From: a virus
Direction: 5' to 3' (one strand)
IMG/VR virus record: IMGVR_UViG_3300030331_006276
Length of the DNA stretch: 64,000 nucleotides
Both the position numbers and the translations under genes were made by a program. This document shows positions 58,571-64,000 of the stretch, one piece after another. Position 1 is the stretch's first letter, and each line of letters opens with the position of its first letter. Under the pieces are notes generated by a model. It was not told where the DNA came from, did no database searches, and saw nothing but the letters and a program-made list of their open reading frames with translations.

Positions 58571-60313
58571 ATGGTTAAAGCTATAACAATATTTTTGTGT
58601 TTATTTTGTTCAAATATATTAGCTGATCAATCTATTAACTATAGTAGAGAAATAGATAAAATAATTGCTAATGATTTAAGGAATAAAAAAATTGAATTGC
58701 CTGTTGTTGTTAATCCATACGTATTTGTTAGAAGAGCATATATCGATATAGCAGGTAGAATACCAACATATGAAGAGTGGAAAGCATTTTTAAAAAGACC
58801 TGATCGTAAAAAACTAATTGAGGATCTACAAAATTCAAAAGGTTATACAGAAAATATGTTTAACTTTTATGCTGATCTTTTAAGAATTAAAAGAAGGCTA
58901 TCTAATAATATAGATGGTGATACGTATATATCATGGGTAAAAGATGAAATAGCTAACAATACCCCATATGATAAATTTATTACCAAGCTACTAACAGCAA
59001 AAGGTAATATATGGAGTAATCCTGAAGTAGGTTACTTTCTTAGAGATGATGGCATGCTGCTAGATAATGTAAGTAATACTTTTCAAGCTTTTGCTGGTAT
59101 GAATATAAATTGTGCTCAGTGTCATGATCATCCGTTTGATGATTGGACGCAAATGGATTATTATAATATGACAGCATTTTTTACACAACTTAATACAAGA
59201 GGGGATAAAGAAAGTAAAAAACAATTTCAAAGGTTAAGAAAAGAAGCTGAAGTATTAGATAAATCAGGTAAACAAAAAGGAGCTATAAATAGAGTTGGTC
59301 AATTTTATAGACATGGTTATCAACCTACTATAGTTGAAGATAAAAATAAAGAACTCAAACTTCCACATGATTATAAGTATAGAGATGCAGATCCAGGAGA
59401 AGTAGTTAAAGCAGAAACAGCTCTAGGAGATAGAGTAAAAGAAAAACGTAAAAGAGAAGGTCTTAGAGAAAGCTTTGCTGTATGGTTAACTAGTGAGAAT
59501 CATCCTACATTCGCTGCTAATATAGTAAATCGTTTATGGAATAGAGCATTTGGATTTCCTCTTATAGATAATTTAAATGAGGTTGCTTTATTTGATGAAT
59601 TAAAAGAAAGTCGTAATACAAGATTGACAGAATATTTAATTCGTACTATAAAAGAAGTAAATTACGATATAAAGAAATTTAATTCAATACTTTATAATAC
59701 TAAATTTTATCAAGCTAAAATAGATACCGAAAATAAATTTCAAGGCCCGGTATTGAGAAGAATGACTAGTGCTCAATTATGGGATTCAATAGTTACTCTA
59801 TATCAAGGTGATCCAGATAAATGGCAACCAAAAGATAAAAAACAAGATTATATTAATTTATTCTCTAACTTAGAATCAATTACTGCTGAAGAAGCTCTTA
59901 AAAAATGGGATGAATATGGTAAGATAAAAGGAAGTTATTATAATGGTGCTCCAAAAATAAAAGGTCAATTAGTAGTTAGATCTTCTCAAATATTTGAAGG
60001 TAAACATTCTAACTTTATGAGAGAGTTTGGAAGATCAGATAGAGAGCTTATTGAGACAGGAAATGAACAGCCTAATATTACGCAAATTTTAAACTTAATG
60101 AATGGCGAAATAACAAAAGCTTTACAGGATACTAATAGTTATATTGCTAATCAAGCTAAAGACGTAGAGCGAGATATAGGAATGAATATTATTTTTGTAT
60201 CTTATATTGGTAGAGCTCCTAATGATAGAGAAAGAGAATTATTTAAAGATGCCACTTTTGCAGATATAGTATGGATATTAATTAACTCGCATGAATTTAA
60301 ACTTATAAACTAA
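58571..60313 (+). CDS. DUF1549/DUF1553 (PSD1-type) protein with CxxCH motif
   Basis: Signal peptide; RRAYIDIAGRIPT; INCAQCHDHPFD; NIVNRLWNRAFG; RRMTSAQLWDS; QILNLMNG. Confidence 0.88.
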   Translation: MVKAITIFLCLFCSNILADQSINYSREIDKIIANDLRNKKIELPVVVNPYVFVRRAYIDIAGRIPTYEEWKAFLKRPDRKKLIEDLQNSKGYTENMFNFYADLLRIKRRLSNNIDGDTYISWVKDEIANNTPYDKFITKLLTAKGNIWSNPEVGYFLRDDGMLLDNVSNTFQAFAGMNINCAQCHDHPFDDWTQMDYYNMTAFFTQLNTRGDKESKKQFQRLRKEAEVLDKSGKQKGAINRVGQFYRHGYQPTIVEDKNKELKLPHDYKYRDADPGEVVKAETALGDRVKEKRKREGLRESFAVWLTSENHPTFAANIVNRLWNRAFGFPLIDNLNEVALFDELKESRNTRLTEYLIRTIKEVNYDIKKFNSILYNTKFYQAKIDTENKFQGPVLRRMTSAQLWDSIVTLYQGDPDKWQPKDKKQDYINLFSNLESITAEEALKKWDEYGKIKGSYYNGAPKIKGQLVVRSSQIFEGKHSNFMREFGRSDRELIETGNEQPNITQILNLMNGEITKALQDTNSYIANQAKDVERDIGMNIIFVSYIGRAPNDRERELFKDATFADIVWILINSHEFKLIN

Positions 60314-61515
60314 TGAAAAGAAGAACATTTATACACACCCTCGCAGCATCTACATACGGCTTAAAAGCAATAGATGCAAAAGAAGTTCCTATAGCTTCAA
60401 AAGCTAAAAATGTAATTTATATTTGTTTAGATGGGGGCATGAGCCATATCGATACTTTCGACCCTAAAGATGATAAAGATGTAATGGGTAATACTACAAA
60501 AATTAGTACCAATGTTAGTGGTATTGAATTAGGTAATCGATTACCAAAATTAGCTAATATAGTAGATAAGATGTCAATTATACGCTCTACTACCTCTAAG
60601 ACAGGGGCTCACGAGCAAGCTCAATATTTAAATAGAACTTCTTATAGACAAATAGGTTCTATAGTACATCCAAGCTTAGGGTCGTGGGTAGCACATATTC
60701 AAGATAGAGAAAGAGATATACCTGATTATGTTTTGATATCAGGTTCATCAGCTCACCCTAACTCGGGCTTTTTGCCAAAAGTAAAGTCTCCTCTACCTAT
60801 AGTGGATCCTCAGGGGGGTTTAAAAAATAGTAAAGTAGATAGTAAACTTGAAGAGCGTATGCGTATACTACGAGAGCTTAATAGCAGCTTAAAGGCTCCG
60901 CTTGCTTCAGAGTATAATCAGTTCTATGATAATACTGTTAGATTTTTAAAGTCTAAAGATTTAGAGCTATTTGATTTAACTAAAGAAAGTTCAGACATTC
61001 GTGCGAAATATGGGGATACTAGATTAGGTCAAGGTTGCTTACTAGCTAAGAGACTTATTAAAGGTGATATAAAATTTATAGAGATTAATAATGGAGGATG
61101 GGATACGCATGTTGATAACTTTACTAAGTTAGATAATAAGCTTAAAGAAGTAGATGATGCACTAAGCGCATTAGTTTTAGATTTAGATAGTGAAGGTTTA
61201 TTAGATTCAACTCTTATTGCTTTAGTAACTGAATTTGGAAGAACTCCAAATATTAACGTTAATGAAGGTAGAGATCACCATCCTCAATGTTACTCTACTG
61301 TTCTTATAGGTGCTGGGGTGAAGGGTGGTTATATAGCTGGAGAAACTAATAAAACTGCTTCTAAAGTAACCAAAGATCCTTATACTATATCTGATATAAA
61401 TGCTACTATAGCTCATTTACTAGGTATACAAACTGAAGAAGATAGATTATCACCTAGTGGTCGTCCATTTAAAGTTGCTAATAAGGGGGATGTTATAAAA
61501 GATATATTAGGATAA
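60313..61515 (+). CDS. DUF1501 family protein (Tat-exported)
   Basis: MKRRTF twin-Arg; LDGGMSHIDTFDPK; GGWDTH; TEFGRTP.IN...GRDHHP. Confidence 0.9.
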   Translation: MKRRTFIHTLAASTYGLKAIDAKEVPIASKAKNVIYICLDGGMSHIDTFDPKDDKDVMGNTTKISTNVSGIELGNRLPKLANIVDKMSIIRSTTSKTGAHEQAQYLNRTSYRQIGSIVHPSLGSWVAHIQDRERDIPDYVLISGSSAHPNSGFLPKVKSPLPIVDPQGGLKNSKVDSKLEERMRILRELNSSLKAPLASEYNQFYDNTVRFLKSKDLELFDLTKESSDIRAKYGDTRLGQGCLLAKRLIKGDIKFIEINNGGWDTHVDNFTKLDNKLKEVDDALSALVLDLDSEGLLDSTLIALVTEFGRTPNINVNEGRDHHPQCYSTVLIGAGVKGGYIAGETNKTASKVTKDPYTISDINATIAHLLGIQTEEDRLSPSGRPFKVANKGDVIKDILG

Positions 61516-61516
61516 T

Positions 61517-61759
61517 ATGAGGAAAGGTACAACGCTAATTGAAAATATAACTGTAATTTTATGTATTGCTGTTTTAATTTCAATTTTAGTACCTGCAGCA
61601 GGAAAAGTCTATTATATTTTTCAGCGTATGATGATTGATGATAAACTATATACAGATAAAGAAGATCCTAATAATTATATTAAAAGAGAAAGTGATGGTC
61701 TTTTTTATCACTTAAACTATCATAATAAAAAAAGCGGCTTTCGCGGAGAAGGCTTCTAG
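61517..61759 (+). CDS. Prepilin-like (class III signal) small protein
   Basis: MRKG|TTLIE (Glu at +5) followed by hydrophobic NITVILCIAVLISILVPA. Confidence 0.55.
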   Translation: MRKGTTLIENITVILCIAVLISILVPAAGKVYYIFQRMMIDDKLYTDKEDPNNYIKRESDGLFYHLNYHNKKSGFRGEGF

Positions 61760-61801
61760 TTCAATAAAAAAAGCGGCCCGCGAACGGACCGCTTCTAGTT
61801 C
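61724..61801. repeat. 39-bp tandem duplication with identical flanks and a different 13-nt core
   Basis: AATAAAAAAAGCGGC-[TTTCGCGGAGAAG or CCGCGAACGGACC]-GCTTCTAGTTC at 61724-62 and 61763-801. Confidence 0.8.
61766..61794 (-). terminator. Rho-independent terminator of the beta-barrel gene
   Basis: Minus strand AAGCGGUCCG-UUCG-CGGGCCGCUU followed by a U tract. Confidence 0.85.
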
Positions 61802-61815
61802 TTTATTGAAGTTAT

Positions 61816-62289
61816 TTAAAACTTAAACGATACACCAACACGAAGCTCGGTATCATTATCGGACGCTTCAAAATCATAACCGAAGGTATATGTAGCAAAA
61901 ACTGCTTTTCCTTCAGCGAAAGGATAAGAAACACCAGCACCGATACGAACGTCAAATCCGACATCATCTGTATCAATCCAGTTAAGTCCAACACCGCCTA
62001 CAGCAGAAACAGTAGCTCCATAAACCTCACCAATATCGTAACCGACATTAAGGTCAAGAACAACATCATCACCGTTCCAACCAAGGACAGGCTTTAGATC
62101 GACTTCCACTCCAGCAAGAGCGATTGGAGCAGTTGCTCCAAGCGAGAACGTAAGATCGCCATCCTTTTTAGTGGCTCCAACGTTCCAGTCAGTTAGTTCA
62201 ACACCTGCGACAGTTGCCGCTGTAGCAGGTCCAGCAAATGCCACAAAAGCGAAAGCCATTGCAGCAAGTAATGTAGTTACTTTTTTCAT
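61816..62289 (-). CDS. Small outer-membrane beta-barrel protein
   Basis: Signal peptide MKKVTTLLAAMAFAFVAFA, alternating amphipathic strands, terminal VGVSFKF. C-ending codon bias like gp23. Confidence 0.78.
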   Translation of the reverse strand: MKKVTTLLAAMAFAFVAFAGPATAATVAGVELTDWNVGATKKDGDLTFSLGATAPIALAGVEVDLKPVLGWNGDDVVLDLNVGYDIGEVYGATVSAVGGVGLNWIDTDDVGFDVRIGAGVSYPFAEGKAVFATYTFGYDFEASDNDTELRVGVSFKF

Positions 62290-62294
62290 ATACA

Positions 62295-62327
62295 TATTTA
62301 TTATAATAACAAAAAATTTATAGTCAA
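62295..62327 (-). promoter_or_regulatory. Overlapping sigma70-like and late promoters of the beta-barrel gene
   Basis: TTGACT (62327-22), 16 nt, TATAAT (62305-00). TAAATA (62300-62295) lies 5 nt before the ATG. Confidence 0.6.
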
Positions 62328-62335
62328 CTAATTTA

Positions 62336-62677
62336 TTACTTATTCGGAATAACATAGCTGTCATCTGCAACAGGAAAGCTTGGAGGATTAGTTATAACTG
62401 ATTCAACTTGAGAATTAAACACATTATCCCAACCACCTGATATAGTGCTTAAAAGAGTAATAAGCTGGGCTCTTGTCCAAGAGCTTTCCTTTTTAGGTAC
62501 AAATGCACCAAATTCAGAATCAACTGCAGTAGATACAATATTAGAACTGAAAACAGATTCATAGAAATCAGCTTGTCCGGAAACAGAATTAGTATAGGTC
62601 ATACCTAATTCCCATTCAACCACTTTACCACCACTTAAATACGGTACTGCAACATTAAAAGTTTTTGTAATAGCCAT
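62336..62677 (-). CDS. Hypothetical late protein
   Basis: 113 aa. TAAATA 5 nt before the ATG. Confidence 0.55.
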   Translation of the reverse strand: MAITKTFNVAVPYLSGGKVVEWELGMTYTNSVSGQADFYESVFSSNIVSTAVDSEFGAFVPKKESSWTRAQLITLLSTISGGWDNVFNSQVESVITNPPSFPVADDSYVIPNK

Positions 62678-62688
62678 AAACTTATTTA

Positions 62689-63495
62689 TTATTTACTAGC
62701 AAGTATACCAGCATTACGCTCCATTCTCTTTACTACACCATCTCTCCCTTTTGCTTTTCTTCTTTTATATTCTTTATGATCAAGATATTCATTAGCTGCA
62801 GCTTTGTTTTTACCTTTTTTAAGTAAATCTACCCATTGCATTTTAGGGAGTAAATCACCTCGATAACTAATATCAACCAATACTGCTGCTTGCTCGTTAC
62901 TTAAATTATCAATTTCAAATATATCTTTAACTCTATCTAAATGAAAAGAGAGTTGCTTATCAAATAGCTTTTCTGCAAATTGTGGAGATATAGAACTACC
63001 ATACTTTTTTACCCACTTATTTTTAGCTGCTCTTGTACCATCACCAATTTTATGACCAATACCTATAGTATAAATACCCACATCATCTGTATAAGGTCTT
63101 AAAAATTTTCTATTTCTAGGGTCTCCTATATCTGTACCATAAATTTCAGACGGCTTGATTAAATTACTAGCTAAATTTTTTATCTTACTTTCCGATCTTT
63201 CTGGAGGTGCCTCTTGAATTTTACGGTTAGGTTTAACCTTAACAGGTTCAGGCGGTGTATCTTCTATCTGTTTAAGTTCAGCTTCATACTGTTTAAACAC
63301 CCTATCTACTGCTCTTTTAAAACTCGGAGCTTCAATATGTTCATCAGCTACTTTTAACGCGGTTATTTTTTGCTCAATTGGAGCTGGATCGTTATTAAGA
63401 ATATTTTCGATCTTTTGAGCCGAATAAGGAGCAGTACCTACTGCAATAAGTCCAAGAAGAATCTCTTTCATACCTTCATCAAATTGTTGAGTCAC
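62689..63495 (-). CDS. GH24 (T4-type) lysozyme with long N-terminal extension
   Basis: PYTDDVGIYTIGIGH, QAAVLVDISYRG, AAANEYLD, KRMERNA. GTG start 5 nt after TAAATA; the track start overlaps the tmRNA. Confidence 0.75.
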   Translation of the reverse strand: MTQQFDEGMKEILLGLIAVGTAPYSAQKIENILNNDPAPIEQKITALKVADEHIEAPSFKRAVDRVFKQYEAELKQIEDTPPEPVKVKPNRKIQEAPPERSESKIKNLASNLIKPSEIYGTDIGDPRNRKFLRPYTDDVGIYTIGIGHKIGDGTRAAKNKWVKKYGSSISPQFAEKLFDKQLSFHLDRVKDIFEIDNLSNEQAAVLVDISYRGDLLPKMQWVDLLKKGKNKAAANEYLDHKEYKRRKAKGRDGVVKRMERNAGILASK

Positions 63496-63524
63496 GTATA
63501 TATTTATTATAAAGAGGTTCCTAT

Positions 63525-63935
63525 TGGTGGAGGTGAGGGGGATCGAACCCCTGTCCATTAAGTTATCATAATAACTTTCTACATACTTAGATATATTCTA
63601 TTTTAAGGATATACGGTTATATCAACCATCCTACATTTCTTTAAATTAGTAATGCTCTAATCTAGCTGTTTATTACGCTAATCGCTATATTAACAACTCA
63701 TTTCGTTACCCAAACACTTTAATGAGAATCCATGCTTGTTTGTTATGCGGCGAGAAGCGCATCTTCTTGAACCAAGAACGCGTCTGGGTTGTTGAAGATG
63801 GCTTCTGCTTCCGCAAGAAGGTCTGCTTCTTCTTGTTCTGCAGTTAGGTTTTTAATCGGCTTTTAACGTGGCCAACCGATCAACCACGATATGCGAGCTA
63901 TAAATCCTACATAATGTCGAATCCATGGCACCCCC
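63525..63935 (-). ncRNA. ssrA: tmRNA (411 nt)
   Basis: 5' GGGGGUG pairs with 3' CACCUCC-ACCA, with a G3:U Ala identity pair. GGAUUCGAC; T-arm GGGGUUCGAUCCCC; PK1 CGUGG/CCACG + UCGGU/GCCGA; UAACU before the resume codon. Confidence 0.95.
63743..63841 (-). other. tmRNA tag reading frame AEQEEADLLAEAEAIFNNPDAFLVQEDALLAA*
   Basis: 32 codons from GCA at 63841 to TAA at 63745-43; ends in LAA. Confidence 0.85.
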
Positions 63936-64000
63936 AAAAATTTTATTTCTTTTTGCTATCTTTTTTACCTTTCTTTCTTTCAAGCTTGGCGCGCTGCCCT

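Noticed and set aside
37225-61801. CRISPR-like arrays (33-bp units at 37225-37356; 39-bp units at 61724-61801)
   Set aside because: The first is an in-frame coding tandem without spacers; the second has only two units. No cas genes.
63370-63561. Plus-strand 63-aa ORF and the track's 5' extension of the lysozyme to 63558
   Set aside because: Both overlap the tmRNA 3' end. The late promoter supports the GTG at 63495 as the true start.
63987-64000. Possible tRNA 3' end (minus strand ...AGGGCAGCGCG-CCA) at the window edge
   Set aside because: Only 14 nt are visible. Plausible next to a tmRNA, but it cannot be supported without flanking sequence.

Overview
64 kb of an AT-rich T4-like (myovirus) phage genome, probably aquatic. 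The host is inferred to be in the PVC group (Verrucomicrobia/Planctomycetes), from a DUF1549/DUF1553 + DUF1501 gene pair and a prepilin-like gene. In order, the window holds: a sugar-nucleotide/glycosyltransferase cluster; GroES and a DinG-like helicase; a shuffled head/neck module (gp15, gp20, gp13, gp4, gp21, gp22, gp23); two giant, unusually Cys-rich repeat fibre genes (2345 and 4476 aa) flanked by glycosyltransferases; a 7-deazaguanine DNA-modification set (QueF, P-loop kinase, PurN-like formyltransferase, TGT-fold DpdA-like gene); a late-promoter-driven module of two membrane proteins, CsgF, CsgG, a curlin-like protein, FecR and a CHASE2 adenylyl cyclase; a split gp5-like spike; ClpP, nrdAB and a PRTase; a lysis cassette; the DUF1549/DUF1501 pair, a pilin-like gene and an outer-membrane beta-barrel; a lysozyme; and a tmRNA with a 32-codon tag. 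A pervasive signal is TAAATA exactly 5 nt before the start codon at 18 genes, which implies leaderless late mRNAs. All family calls come from motif recognition by eye; no database searches were run.
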